NCBI GenBank assembly: GCA_964505415.1
Contig: CAZDHW010000003.1
Coordinates: 7,438-71,437, forward strand
DNA: 64,000 bases
Source: an uncultured bacterium
GTDB lineage: Bacteria > Hydrothermota > Tepidihabitantia > Tepidihabitantales > DTDR01
Direction of reading: 5' to 3'
Every line of letters starts with the position of its first letter. Positions within the stretch are counted from its first letter, which is position 1. The position numbers and the translations under genes are program-made. Below the pieces are notes generated by a model. It searched no databases and was not told the DNA's origin. It saw only the letters and a program-made list of their open reading frames with translations. Below, one piece after another: positions 47,407 through 57,609 of the stretch.

Positions 47407-49053
47407 TTATTTAAGACCAATGATATAATCATTTTCGTCTAAATCAATATTTAAAGCGTTAGGATTTTTGGGCAAACCAGGCATCAAAGATATTTCCCCA
47501 GCAATCGGAACAAGGAAGCCGGCGCCAGCATTAATATTAATTTGATTAATAGTAATATCAAAGTTAATTGGGGAACCTAAAAGAGTGGGATTATCCGAAA
47601 GGGAATATTGAGTTTTGGCGATGCAGATGGGTAAATTATTAAAGCCTAAGCTATTTATTCTTTCAATATCCCTTTTCGCTCGGGAAGTAAAAATAACCTG
47701 TTTTGCTCCATAGATTTCCGTAGCTACTTTTTTTATTTTTTCTTCTACCGGATCATTAAAATTATAAGTATAATTAAGATTTTCTTTCTTCTCGGTAATT
47801 TTTATCAATGTTTCAGCGAGCTCAACGGCTCCTTCGCCACCTTTTTCAAATACATCAATTACGCAGAAAGGAACCTGTTGAAATTCACAATAACCACGAA
47901 TAACCTTTATCTCTTCCTTTTTGTCGTTACTAAATTTATTTAAAACGACAACAAAGGGAATTCCGAATTTTCTTAATATTTCAATGTGACGTCCAAGATT
48001 ACTTAGACCCTTTCTTAATGCTCGGATGTCTTCACCTAAACCGTGGTGTTTTAATGCTCGAAGAGTACAGACTAGTACCGCTCCATCCACAGATAAATCA
48101 CCAACCCGGGAGACGATGTTTACAAATTTTTCTGCACCCAAATCGGCGCCGAAACCGGATTCCACAATTAAATAATCACAAATTTTTAAACCGATTTTCA
48201 TTGAGATAATACTGCAGGTACCGGTAGCAATATTAGCAAAAGGTCCAGTATGGATAAAAGCTGGTGTGTGCTCAATTGTTTGAACAATATTTGGCTTTAA
48301 AGCGTCTCTTAATAACACCGCCATTGGCCCAGCTGCTCCCAACTCACCAGCGGTAAAAGGTTTTCCATCTTTTCGAAAAGCAACTAAAATATTCGCTAAT
48401 CTTTTTTTGAGGTCTTTTAAAGAAGTTGCTAAAGATAAAATAGCCATTACTTCGGAAGCAGCGGTGATAATGAAACCATCTTCTCTAGCGGGCCCGTTAG
48501 CCTTACCTCCAAGACCGATAACAATTGTCCTTAATGTTCGGTCATTCATGTCTATTGCTCTTTTAAAAAGGATATCTCTTTCGTCAATAATCGGCTCATT
48601 ACCGAAATGGATGTGGTTGTCTAAAAGAGTGGCTAAAAGATTATGAGCACTTGTTACTGCGTGAATATCGCCAGTAAAATGTAAATTAATATCTTCCATC
48701 GGCAAAACTTGGCTATAACCACCGCCGGTAGCTCCGCCTTTAATTCCAAAAACCGGGCCTAAGGAAGGTTCTCTTAAGGCAACAATTGATTTTTTACCAA
48801 TTCGCCAAAAAGCCATAGAAAGACCAATAGCCGTTGTCGTTTTTCCTTCTCCGTAAGGTGTGGGGTTAATAGCGGTAATTAAAATTAATTTACCATTAGG
48901 ATTATTCTTAATTTTTTCATAAAATTTTAAAGATATCTTGGCTTTAAAATTGCCAGAGGGTAAAAGAAATTCATTAGAAATTCCAATTTTTTCAGCAATC
49001 TCGTAAATAGGATAAAGAGGAACAGACCGGGCAATCTCTAAATCCGAAATCAC
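47407..49053 (-). CDS. fhs: Formate-tetrahydrofolate ligase
   Basis: TPYGEGKTT, GIKGGATGGG, INLHFTGDIHA, HTGPFANIA and AKTQYSLSD motifs. Confidence 0.96.
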   Translation of the reverse strand: MISDLEIARSVPLYPIYEIAEKIGISNEFLLPSGNFKAKISLKFYEKIKNNPNGKLILITAINPTPYGEGKTTTAIGLSMAFWRIGKKSIVALREPSLGPVFGIKGGATGGGYSQVLPMEDINLHFTGDIHAVTSAHNLLATLLDNHIHFGNEPIIDERDILFKRAIDMNDRTLRTIVIGLGGKANGPAREDGFIITAASEVMAILSLATSLKDLKKRLANILVAFRKDGKPFTAGELGAAGPMAVLLRDALKPNIVQTIEHTPAFIHTGPFANIATGTCSIISMKIGLKICDYLIVESGFGADLGAEKFVNIVSRVGDLSVDGAVLVCTLRALKHHGLGEDIRALRKGLSNLGRHIEILRKFGIPFVVVLNKFSNDKKEEIKVIRGYCEFQQVPFCVIDVFEKGGEGAVELAETLIKITEKKENLNYTYNFNDPVEEKIKKVATEIYGAKQVIFTSRAKRDIERINSLGFNNLPICIAKTQYSLSDNPTLLGSPINFDITINQININAGAGFLVPIAGEISLMPGLPKNPNALNIDLDENDYIIGLK

Positions 49054-49056
49054 TTT

Positions 49057-49248
49057 TTATTCCTCTTCAATAATTATCGCACTCACTGGACAATCTTCGG
49101 CTGCCTGCCGGACACAATCTTCGGCTGCTTCGGGAACAATTTCTACCTTTGTTCCCGCAGTATCACCCTGCATTTCAAATATATCAGGACAAGTATTAAC
49201 ACAAAGTTCACAACCGGTGCATAGCTCTTTATCGATTCTTACTTTCAT
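49057..49248 (-). CDS. Single-cluster [4Fe-4S] ferredoxin
   Basis: CTGCELC...CP..CPVSAI; SD AAGGAGG. Confidence 0.92.
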   Translation of the reverse strand: MKVRIDKELCTGCELCVNTCPDIFEMQGDTAGTKVEIVPEAAEDCVRQAAEDCPVSAIIIEEE

Positions 49249-49330
49249 TTTTCCTCCTTTTTTAATTTAATTAGAAAAAAAATTATAAGTTAAACCTTGA
49301 AAAAAATCAATATTTTTTATAAAATTTCTT

Positions 49331-50137
49331 GTGAAGAGGATTGAGAAAAAAAAGATAAGAAAAAAGCTTCTTTTTGCCTCTGATTTTGACCAAACTCTTT
49401 CTTATGATGATACCGGTATTCTTATTTCTTTGGAATTAGGAATTCCGCCGGAAAAGTTTTTGAATAAGGTAAAAGAGATTAGGGAAAGAAATATTACTCA
49501 ATTAGGTGGCGAACTTGCCTATCTTTTGGCCTATGACCCCGAATATAAAAATAAAGTCTCCAAGTCTTTGCTTTTAAAAATTGGCGAAAAAGTAAGGTTA
49601 AAGGCTAATGTGGATCTTTTGTTTAAGGTATTACAAGAAGGAATAAATGGTTGTGAATTTGTTTGTTATGTAATTTCTGCCTGTCCTGATCTAGTAATTA
49701 AAAGAAGTTTGAGTAAAATTTTATCCGAAGAAAATATTTTTGGCACGGAATTTAAATATGATGAAGAGGGAAAGATTGTTGATATTTTGAAAACGGCCGC
49801 TGGTCACGGAAAAGCCAGTATCATTGATTATTTGGTAGAAAAGGAGCATATCCCCAGGGAAAATGTTATCTATATTGGTGATGGTTCTTCGGATATTCAT
49901 GTAATGCTTCATGTGAATATTTATGGCGGTTTTACCATTGCCGTTTCCCCTTCGCCTTATTTGGGTCATATTTCTAAAAGAACTGTGCTGTCGGAAAATG
50001 CCTTAGCCGTTTTGTGTCCAATTTTGGAAGATTTGTTTAATTATACCGAAGAGGAGATAAAGGATTTTTATGCCCAATTAGGTCATCCAATTTATGAATG
50101 GAACCGAGCAAAATTAGAATGGCTTACTATCGCTTAA
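49331..50137 (+). CDS. HAD-superfamily hydrolase
   Basis: SDFDQTLS (DxDxT), VISA, GK and YIGDGSSD motifs. Confidence 0.85.
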   Translation: MKRIEKKKIRKKLLFASDFDQTLSYDDTGILISLELGIPPEKFLNKVKEIRERNITQLGGELAYLLAYDPEYKNKVSKSLLLKIGEKVRLKANVDLLFKVLQEGINGCEFVCYVISACPDLVIKRSLSKILSEENIFGTEFKYDEEGKIVDILKTAAGHGKASIIDYLVEKEHIPRENVIYIGDGSSDIHVMLHVNIYGGFTIAVSPSPYLGHISKRTVLSENALAVLCPILEDLFNYTEEEIKDFYAQLGHPIYEWNRAKLEWLTIA

Positions 50138-51024
50138 TATTTTTTTCTTTGATTTTTTTCTTTTGTCAAAGAGAAATTCCTACGGAGAAAACAATAATTG
50201 CTTTTGGTAGTTATTTTAAAATAAAGATCTTTACCGAAAATAAAGAGCAAGGTAAAATTTATCTTGATTCCGTTTTTAATTTAATTAGGTATTACGATTC
50301 TTTGTTTTCTTATTTTAATGAAAATAGTGAGCTTAGTCTTATTAATAAGAAGAAGGTTGGCCAAATTTCTTCGGAATTGAAGGAGGTTATTCTTTTCGCC
50401 TCAGAAATAAATAGGAAAACTTACGGTTATTTTGATATCACCATTGCCCCTTTAATGGAACTTTGGGGATTTTATGATAAGAATTATCAAAGACCAAAGG
50501 AAATAGAAATTGCCAAGATGAAGAAGTTTGTCGGCAATAATGCTTATTTTTTGAAAAAGGATTCGCTTTTTTTAAAGGAGTTGTCAAAAATTGATTTGGG
50601 CGGTATTGCTTGTGGTTATATTTTGGATAAGTTGGTTTCTTATTTAAAAAGCCGAGGTATTAAGAAGGGAATAATTGATGCTGGTGGTGATATTATTGTT
50701 TTTGGTAATTTGAAAGCCAAGATTGGTATTAAGGACCCTAATAAAGAAGCAATAAAGAAAATAATTGAGTTGAAAGATAATGCTTGTTCGACCTCCGGTG
50801 ATTATTATAATTATTTCCAAATTGGTGATACTATTTATTCTCATATTATCAATCCTTTGACTGGTTATCCGGAAAAGACAATTAATAAACACCGACAGGT
50901 AACAGTGATTGGAAAAAAGGCGGTTATTTGTGATGCTCTTTCTACGGCTTTGCTTATTATTCCCGATTCTTTAAAAGATAAAGTTTTAGAAAATTTTAAA
51001 GATTATCAGGTGATTTTTTATTAG
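50119..51024 (+). CDS. apbE: FAD:protein FMN transferase (ApbE family) lipoprotein
   Basis: FDITIAPL, IDLGGIACGY, AGGD, TSGDY, SHIINP and DALSTA; lipobox after ATG 50119. Confidence 0.88.
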   Translation: MAYYRLIFFSLIFFFCQREIPTEKTIIAFGSYFKIKIFTENKEQGKIYLDSVFNLIRYYDSLFSYFNENSELSLINKKKVGQISSELKEVILFASEINRKTYGYFDITIAPLMELWGFYDKNYQRPKEIEIAKMKKFVGNNAYFLKKDSLFLKELSKIDLGGIACGYILDKLVSYLKSRGIKKGIIDAGGDIIVFGNLKAKIGIKDPNKEAIKKIIELKDNACSTSGDYYNYFQIGDTIYSHIINPLTGYPEKTINKHRQVTVIGKKAVICDALSTALLIIPDSLKDKVLENFKDYQVIFY

Positions 51025-52011
51025 ATGGTTGAGGCCCGTTATTATCAAAGATTAGGAGAAAATAAGGTGAAATGTGAGTTGTGTCCCAATTATTGTGTTA
51101 TTGGTGAAAATAAATACGGTCGTTGTTTGGGAAGAAAGAATATTGGCGGCCAACTTTTTGCTATTAATTATGGTGAGGTTGTTTCTTATGCTATTGATCC
51201 CATGGAAAAAAAACCTCTCTACCATTTTTATCCCGGAAGGGAAATTTTTTCAGTGGCTACCTATGGTTGTAATCTTTTGTGTCCCTTTTGTCAGAATTGG
51301 GAGATTTCTCAAAATCGGGTTTCTGCTATTCATTTAGAGCCCGAAGAATTGATAAATATTGTTTTAAAAAAAGGATGCCAATTTATTGCCTATACTTATA
51401 CTGAGCCCCTTATCTGGTTTGAATATCTTTTGGATGTGATGAAAAAAGCAAAAGAGAAGAATATCAAAAATGTTTTGGTTACTAACGGGATGATTAACGA
51501 AGAGCCCTTAAAAGAACTTTTGCCCTATGTTTCGGCGATGAATATTGACCTGAAATCAATAAAAGAAGAATTTTATAAAGATTTTATTAAAGGTTCTTTA
51601 AAGACCGTATTAAGAACAATTGAGATTAGTAAAGATTTTTGCCATATTGAAATAACCAATTTGTTAATCCCAAAAAAGAATGATAGTGAAGAGGAGATAA
51701 AGGAATTGGTTGACTTTCTTTTTCGCTTAAAAAGAAGTATTCCCCTTCATTTTTCTCGTTATTTTCCCCATTATAAACTTTCTTTGCCCGCCACGCCAGT
51801 GGAAACCTTGCTTAAAGCTTACGAGATTGGTAGGGAAAAACTTTATTATGTCTATTTAGGTAATGTTTTTGGTCTTTTGGGTTTCCAAGATACCTTTTGT
51901 CCCGATTGTAATAATTTGTTAATTAAAAGAGATTATTATCATGTTAAAATTATTGGTTTGGATGGTAAAAATTGTAATAAATGTAAAAGGGAAATTGAGA
52001 TAATTTTATAA
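51025..52011 (+). CDS. amrS: AmmeMemoRadiSam system radical SAM enzyme
   Basis: CELCPNYC, DPMEKKPLYHFYPG, GCNLLCPFCQNWEISQ, YTYTEP and YVYLGN motifs. Confidence 0.88.
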   Translation: MVEARYYQRLGENKVKCELCPNYCVIGENKYGRCLGRKNIGGQLFAINYGEVVSYAIDPMEKKPLYHFYPGREIFSVATYGCNLLCPFCQNWEISQNRVSAIHLEPEELINIVLKKGCQFIAYTYTEPLIWFEYLLDVMKKAKEKNIKNVLVTNGMINEEPLKELLPYVSAMNIDLKSIKEEFYKDFIKGSLKTVLRTIEISKDFCHIEITNLLIPKKNDSEEEIKELVDFLFRLKRSIPLHFSRYFPHYKLSLPATPVETLLKAYEIGREKLYYVYLGNVFGLLGFQDTFCPDCNNLLIKRDYYHVKIIGLDGKNCNKCKREIEIIL

Positions 52012-52021
52012 AGGAGGTAAG

Positions 52022-52282
52022 ATGCAAAAAAAGACAATTCCTTTTATAATTATTTTACTCTTGGTTGGCGGCGTTTTAGGTAGTGCCTTTTCTTTGTATC
52101 TTTCCGGGCTTTTTCCTGAAGGACAGGTAAAGAAATTCTTTTTTGAAGCGATAAAATTTGGTATTCCTCATTTTACCATAAATTTAGGTTTTTTAGAACT
52201 GACCTTTGGTTTTTCCTTAGCGATTACTGCCTTTACCGCGCTATTTATTATCTTTCTTACTTATTTAATATTAAAATTATGA
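52022..52282 (+). CDS. Small membrane protein (DUF4321-like)
   Basis: Two hydrophobic segments with INLGFLELTFG; SD AAGGAGG. Confidence 0.6.
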   Translation: MQKKTIPFIIILLLVGGVLGSAFSLYLSGLFPEGQVKKFFFEAIKFGIPHFTINLGFLELTFGFSLAITAFTALFIIFLTYLILKL

Positions 52283-52332
52283 AAAGGCTTTTAAAATTTT
52301 TGACTTTTCAAGTTATTTTTTTATACTAAAAG

Positions 52333-54936
52333 ATGGAGTTTAAAAAGATTTATGAACCAAAAGAGATCGAAAAGAAATGGTATAACTTTTGGGAAGAAAA
52401 GGAATATTATAAGGCTAATCCTTTTTCTTTGAAACCAAAATTTTCTATTGTTATTCCCCCACCAAATATTACCGGACCCCTTCATATTGGCCACGCTTTA
52501 AATAATACTATCCAAGATATCCTCTGCCGTTATAAAAGACTTGCCGGTTATGAAGTTCTTTGGCTTCCCGGTATTGATCACGCAAGTATTGCTACCCATA
52601 GTCAGATTGAAAAAGAATTAAGAAAAGAAGGTAAGAGCCGATTTGATATTGGTAAAGAAGAATTTTTAAAAAGGGCTTGGCTATGGAAAGAGAAATATCA
52701 CCACTTAATTGTTTCCCAATTGAAAAGTCTTGGTTGCCTTTGTGATTGGTCACGGTTTCGTTTTACCATGGATGATGATTATTCTTATGTGGTAAGGTAT
52801 GCCTTTGTCTATTATTATAAAAAGGGTTGGATTTATCGGGATTTAAGGATTATTAACTGGTGTCCTAATTGCCACACCGCAATTTCTGATTTAGAAGTGA
52901 AACATAAAGAGATTGATGGTTTTTTATGGTATATAAAGTATCCGTTAAAAAATGATCCCCGTTACTTGGTGGTGGCCACTACCCGACCAGAAACAATGCT
53001 TGGTGATACGGCGGTGATGGTTAATCCTACGGATGAAAGATATAAAGATTTCATTGGGAAAAAAGTGATTTTACCATTACAGGAAAGAGAAATTCCCGTA
53101 ATTGCTGATGAAATGGTTGATACCAATTTTGGTACTGGTGTGGTTAAAGTCACTCCCGCTCACGACCCTAATGATTTTATTATTGGTAAAAAATATAATT
53201 TGGAGTTTGTAAAAGTAATTGATGAAGATGGTAAGATAATACCACCAGCAAAGGAAAAATATGTTGGTCTTGACCGGTTTACTGCCCGAAAGAAAATTTT
53301 GGAAGATTTAAAAGCCCTTGGTTTATTAGCAAAAGTAGAAAATTATCAAGTACCAGTTGGTGTTTGTGCCCGTTGCGAGACGATTATTGAACCGTTAATT
53401 TCTAAACAATGGTTTTTAAAAATGAAAGAACTGGCCAAACCAGCAATTGAAGTCGTTGAGAAAGGAGAAGTTAAGTTTGTGCCTCTGCGCTGGAAAAAGG
53501 TCTATCTGGATTGGTTATCCAATGTGAAAGATTGGTGTTTATCAAGACAATTATGGTGGGGACATCCCCTTCCGGTTTATTATTGTTTAGATTGTGATGA
53601 GATAATGGTAACGATGGAAAAACCCAAAACTTGCCAGAAATGTAATAGCCAAAATATCAAAGCCGATGAAGATGTTTTAGATACCTGGTTTTCTTCAGCT
53701 TTATGGCCCTTTGCCACTATGGGATTTCCCAAAAACACAAAGGAGTTGGAAGTTTTTTATCCCACTGATGTGTTGGTTACTGACCCGGATATCATTTTTC
53801 TTTGGGTTGCCCGAATGGTCTTTTCCAGTTTAGAATTTGTTGGCAAAATTCCTTTTAAATATGTCTATATCCATTCAACCGTGCTCAACGAAAAAGGCGA
53901 AAGAATGTCAAGAACAAAAGGGATTGGTATTGACCCCCAAGAAATTATTGATGAATACGGCGCCGATGCTTTAAGATTTACTTTAACCTATTTGGAAACC
54001 CAATCCCAATCTTTCCGTTTGAGTCGTGAGCGTTTTATAATCGGCAGAAATTTTGCTAATAAAGTCTGGAATGCGGGGCGTTTACTTTTTTCTTATTATC
54101 AAGAAAAAAGCGAGTTTAATAACCTAACAGAAAAAAAGATATACGATTATTGGATTTGCGAACTTTTTAATCAGCTTTTAAGCAAATACGACTTCTTTAT
54201 GAAAAACTATTATTTTTCTTTAATCGCCCAGACGCTTTACACATTTTTCTGGAACAATTACTGTGATTGGTACTTAGAGTTTAACAAAGAAAGATTTAAA
54301 AATAAAGAACTGGTTGCTCTGGAGACAAGTTTGGAGGTCTTTTATAATTTCTTAAAAATCTTACATCCAATAATGCCTTTTATTACTGAAGAACTGTGGC
54401 ATCTTTTTAATAAAGAAGATGTTTCCCTAATGGAAAAAGGTCTTCCGGAATTATTTATTATTCCCAGTGATAAAAAGAAAGAAATTTATCTTTGTGAAGA
54501 ATTAATCGCTTTAATAAAAAATATTAGAAATATTCGGGCAAATTTTGGTATTCCGAAAAACATCGGGTTAAAAGGTTATTTAAAAACCGCTAACGAGCAA
54601 CTTTATTTGTTTTTAAAAGAAGAAAAAGAGATTCTAAAAAAAATGGTTAATACTGAGATTTTGCCTTTAGATAAAGAAGAGTTAAAAAATTTCGCAACCA
54701 TTATTTTAAAGACTGGCGATTTATATTTAGTAGTTGATAAATTTTTTGATTTATCAAAAGAGAAAAAAAGATTAGAAAAAGAAATCGCCGAATTAGAAAA
54801 GATCTGGAAGGAAACCTTAGAAAATCTTAATAACGAAGAGTTTTTAATGAAAGCCCGGAAGGAAATTATTGAAGAGGAATTGAAAAAGAAAGAGGAGATT
54901 GAAAACCGATTAAAAAGATTAAAAGAGTTGATATAA
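52333..54936 (+). CDS. valS: Valine-tRNA ligase
   Basis: PPPNITGPLHIGH, TTRPET, DWCLSRQLWWGH, DVLDTWFSS and RMSRT (KMSKS variant). Confidence 0.95.
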   Translation: MEFKKIYEPKEIEKKWYNFWEEKEYYKANPFSLKPKFSIVIPPPNITGPLHIGHALNNTIQDILCRYKRLAGYEVLWLPGIDHASIATHSQIEKELRKEGKSRFDIGKEEFLKRAWLWKEKYHHLIVSQLKSLGCLCDWSRFRFTMDDDYSYVVRYAFVYYYKKGWIYRDLRIINWCPNCHTAISDLEVKHKEIDGFLWYIKYPLKNDPRYLVVATTRPETMLGDTAVMVNPTDERYKDFIGKKVILPLQEREIPVIADEMVDTNFGTGVVKVTPAHDPNDFIIGKKYNLEFVKVIDEDGKIIPPAKEKYVGLDRFTARKKILEDLKALGLLAKVENYQVPVGVCARCETIIEPLISKQWFLKMKELAKPAIEVVEKGEVKFVPLRWKKVYLDWLSNVKDWCLSRQLWWGHPLPVYYCLDCDEIMVTMEKPKTCQKCNSQNIKADEDVLDTWFSSALWPFATMGFPKNTKELEVFYPTDVLVTDPDIIFLWVARMVFSSLEFVGKIPFKYVYIHSTVLNEKGERMSRTKGIGIDPQEIIDEYGADALRFTLTYLETQSQSFRLSRERFIIGRNFANKVWNAGRLLFSYYQEKSEFNNLTEKKIYDYWICELFNQLLSKYDFFMKNYYFSLIAQTLYTFFWNNYCDWYLEFNKERFKNKELVALETSLEVFYNFLKILHPIMPFITEELWHLFNKEDVSLMEKGLPELFIIPSDKKKEIYLCEELIALIKNIRNIRANFGIPKNIGLKGYLKTANEQLYLFLKEEKEILKKMVNTEILPLDKEELKNFATIILKTGDLYLVVDKFFDLSKEKKRLEKEIAELEKIWKETLENLNNEEFLMKARKEIIEEELKKKEEIENRLKRLKELI

Positions 54937-54990
54937 GATTTAGAAATATATTACCCTTGAAAATTTTGTTTTTATTTATATAATTTTTTG

Positions 54991-55509
54991 ATGAAATATC
55001 TATTCCTTATTCTTTTTTTAATCACGTTAGGTGGTTTTTTTCTTTTTTACAATTTTAAATATCTTCCCTTAGAAGAGAAAATTATAAAAATTAGTGATGA
55101 AAATCTTTTATGGCAGAAAGAAGTGGTGGAGTTAAGACAAAAATTAAGTGAATACGAAAATAAAAATAAAGGGAACTTCACCTATACTTTTGAATTTAAA
55201 GAACTTTTTTTAAACGAATATTCTGATACCCTGAATCCGGTTGGCGAAGCAAGATTGAAATCAATAATTCCTTCTTTAAAAGAGGATAATAATAAAGTGG
55301 CAATTATTTTTTATGGTGAAGATTTAGAACTACCAACAAATTTAAAAAAGAAGTTTTCTACTCCTTATCATTTTGGTTTAGATCGGGCATTAATCGTTTT
55401 TAATTATTTAATAAAAATGGGTTTTCCCAAAGAAAGACTTTTAATAGTTAATGATTGCGAGAAGAAAAATAAGAAAAATGTTTTGGAAATTCAGGTTCTT
55501 AATTATTAG
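54991..55509 (+). CDS. Degenerate MotB/OmpA-like membrane-anchored protein
   Basis: N-term TM, coiled coil, C-term LDRALIVFNYLIKMGFPKERL. Confidence 0.55.
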   Translation: MKYLFLILFLITLGGFFLFYNFKYLPLEEKIIKISDENLLWQKEVVELRQKLSEYENKNKGNFTYTFEFKELFLNEYSDTLNPVGEARLKSIIPSLKEDNNKVAIIFYGEDLELPTNLKKKFSTPYHFGLDRALIVFNYLIKMGFPKERLLIVNDCEKKNKKNVLEIQVLNY

Positions 55510-55834
55510 TTTTTTTATTTTTTCTTTTTTAATTGCTGAGGATAAAAAAAATTACAAATCGCCCAGCAAAGCATTATGGTGTTCCACATTTTTCCCTGGT
55601 TTAGGGCAGTTTTATACTGAGAATTATTTAAAAGGAACTATCTTTTTTTTAGGGGAAGCAACATTAACCTATTTTATTATCAAATCTTATAAAGAAAATA
55701 AAAAAGAAAAGGTTTCTGATTTACTTTGGATTTTAGCCGGTTTTCATATTTTCAATATGGCTGATGCTTATGCTTCTGCCCATTTTTATAAATTTAAAGA
55801 AGAAACAAAATTAACTTTGAATTATGGTTTCTAA
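55478..55834 (+). CDS. DUF5683-like small membrane protein
   Basis: KSPSKALWCSTFFPGLGQFY...DAYASAH motif; start uncertain. Confidence 0.7.
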   Translation: MFWKFRFLIISFFIFSFLIAEDKKNYKSPSKALWCSTFFPGLGQFYTENYLKGTIFFLGEATLTYFIIKSYKENKKEKVSDLLWILAGFHIFNMADAYASAHFYKFKEETKLTLNYGF

Positions 55835-56411
55835 GGTTTTGGTATTTAAGAAAACTAACGAAAAAGTAAAAGATTTAATTTTAATTTTTGTTTTTGCTTA
55901 CTTAACCGCTATTGGTAGTAAGATAAAAATTGAAATAGGGATTGTGCCAATTACCTTCCAAACATTTTTTGTTTTCCTTTCGGGAATAGTTTTAGGAAGT
56001 AAAAAAGGAGCATTATCACAAATTGTTTATCTCTTTTTAGGTCTTTTAGGTTTTCCCTTTTTTGCTCGCGGTGGCGGTCTTTTTTATATTTTTTCACCAA
56101 CCTTTGGTTATATTATTGGGTTTATTTTTGCCGGTTTTATAAGTGGTTTTTTGAAAGAAAAAAATTATAGTTATTTGAAAAGTCTTTTAATTCTCATTTT
56201 TGCTAATATCACTATTTATCTTTTTGGCTTAATCTATCTTGCCAATTTTCTTCCTAAAGAGCAATTATTAAAAGTTGGTTTATATCCATTTATTTTAGGT
56301 GATTTATTAAAAATTCATCTACTTCTTCTTTTACCCACCGCCCTTCCGCAAGTCCAGGTATTTAATATAATTAAAAATTTTTTATGCCAAAATATAAGAA
56401 AAATTACTTAA
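55824..56411 (+). CDS. bioY: Biotin transporter BioY
   Basis: VPITFQT, GLLGFPFFA..GG, PTFGYIIGF and PFILGDLLK motifs. Confidence 0.9.
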   Translation: MVSKVLVFKKTNEKVKDLILIFVFAYLTAIGSKIKIEIGIVPITFQTFFVFLSGIVLGSKKGALSQIVYLFLGLLGFPFFARGGGLFYIFSPTFGYIIGFIFAGFISGFLKEKNYSYLKSLLILIFANITIYLFGLIYLANFLPKEQLLKVGLYPFILGDLLKIHLLLLLPTALPQVQVFNIIKNFLCQNIRKIT

Positions 56412-56567
56412 TAAAGTTTTTTATTTTCAAAGAGTTAAAAAAAGAAAATTTTAAAATCTTTGGTAAAAATAGAATCGTAATTGCGACAAAAATTTATACC
56501 TTTTGTTTAAGTTTATGAAAAATAAAAATTTCTTTTAAAATGCGACTTTTTGGTAAAAGGAGGGGTA

Positions 56568-57539
56568 ATGCGGAAGATTATCTTTTATTTTCTTTTGATT
56601 AATCTTTTATTGGCAATTGATTTTCAAAATGATAAAGGCAAATTTATTCTAAACTCATCATTTTTTTTCACTTATGATTATGCCCAGAAAAAAATGGGCA
56701 ATATTCTTTTAACTACCAACTCCTTTTATTTTCCCCGGGTAATTTTGGATGTGAAAAATCAATATCAAGATATGTTTTTTTTGAAGTTTTATTTAGATCT
56801 TGCTGATAGAGGCAATATTTCGATCTATGAATTATACGGAGGAATAAAACCTAAAAAAGAGCTGGAAATCATTTTTGGAAGATTTAAACAATTGCTGAGT
56901 TACGAATTAATTATTTATCCTTTAGCCGCTTATTTTGTTGAACCTTCACTGCTTTATTATTTAAAAGCACCCTCTATTTGGGATATGGGAATTGGGGTTT
57001 TTTATAGCTTTAAAAAAGGAGAAGCAAATATTAATTTAGTAAACGGTAGTGGTTGGACAGCTGTTTTTGATAATAATGAATGGAAAGATATTTCGGGGAG
57101 ATTTTTATTCACTCCCTTTAATAATCTATCTTTTGGTACTTCTTTCTATTATGGAAAAATTGGCTACGGGAAAATAAAAGATTTATTACCCTTTCTTTCC
57201 TGCGGTTTTGAGTTTAATTATAAAGATTCTTTTAATATTATTATTTTTGAATATCTTTATCGAAGCGAAAAAGACATTGCTTATTATAATTACAAAAAAC
57301 ATGGTTTTTGTTTTATTTTAGGCTGGCAGTTGGAAAAGCTTTATCCCTTTTTGCGTTTTGAGTTTAAAGAAGAAAAAAAAGAAATAAAAGAAATAAATAA
57401 AGAATTTGGTTTTTCTTTTTCCTTAAATTATTTTTTAAAAAATAAAAGGTTTAAAATAACACCCAATTTTGGTTACTATTACTATGGTAAGGACCGTCAT
57501 CTTTTAAAATCCATTTTCCAATTTCAAGCCAATATTTGA
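56568..57539 (+). CDS. Porin (OprO/OprP-like outer-membrane barrel)
   Basis: Signal peptide after SD AAGGAGG; GRFKQL, DMG, NGSG...DNNEWKDISGR; terminal FQFQANI. Confidence 0.65.
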   Translation: MRKIIFYFLLINLLLAIDFQNDKGKFILNSSFFFTYDYAQKKMGNILLTTNSFYFPRVILDVKNQYQDMFFLKFYLDLADRGNISIYELYGGIKPKKELEIIFGRFKQLLSYELIIYPLAAYFVEPSLLYYLKAPSIWDMGIGVFYSFKKGEANINLVNGSGWTAVFDNNEWKDISGRFLFTPFNNLSFGTSFYYGKIGYGKIKDLLPFLSCGFEFNYKDSFNIIIFEYLYRSEKDIAYYNYKKHGFCFILGWQLEKLYPFLRFEFKEEKKEIKEINKEFGFSFSLNYFLKNKRFKITPNFGYYYYGKDRHLLKSIFQFQANI

Positions 57540-57609
57540 TTTATTGACAAAATAAAAATTTTTATTTAAATTTTTTTATCCCAGTGAAAGAGCTGGGAAA
57601 GGAGGAGAG

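Noticed and set aside
80-53153. Numerous 60-125 aa shadow ORFs inside annotated genes
   Set aside because: Antisense or alternate-frame to well-conserved CDS, with no initiation signals or motifs
56325-56395. GC-rich patch in the bioY 3' end as an antisense sRNA
   Set aside because: Putative minus-strand promoter has poor spacing (15 nt) and the fold is weak
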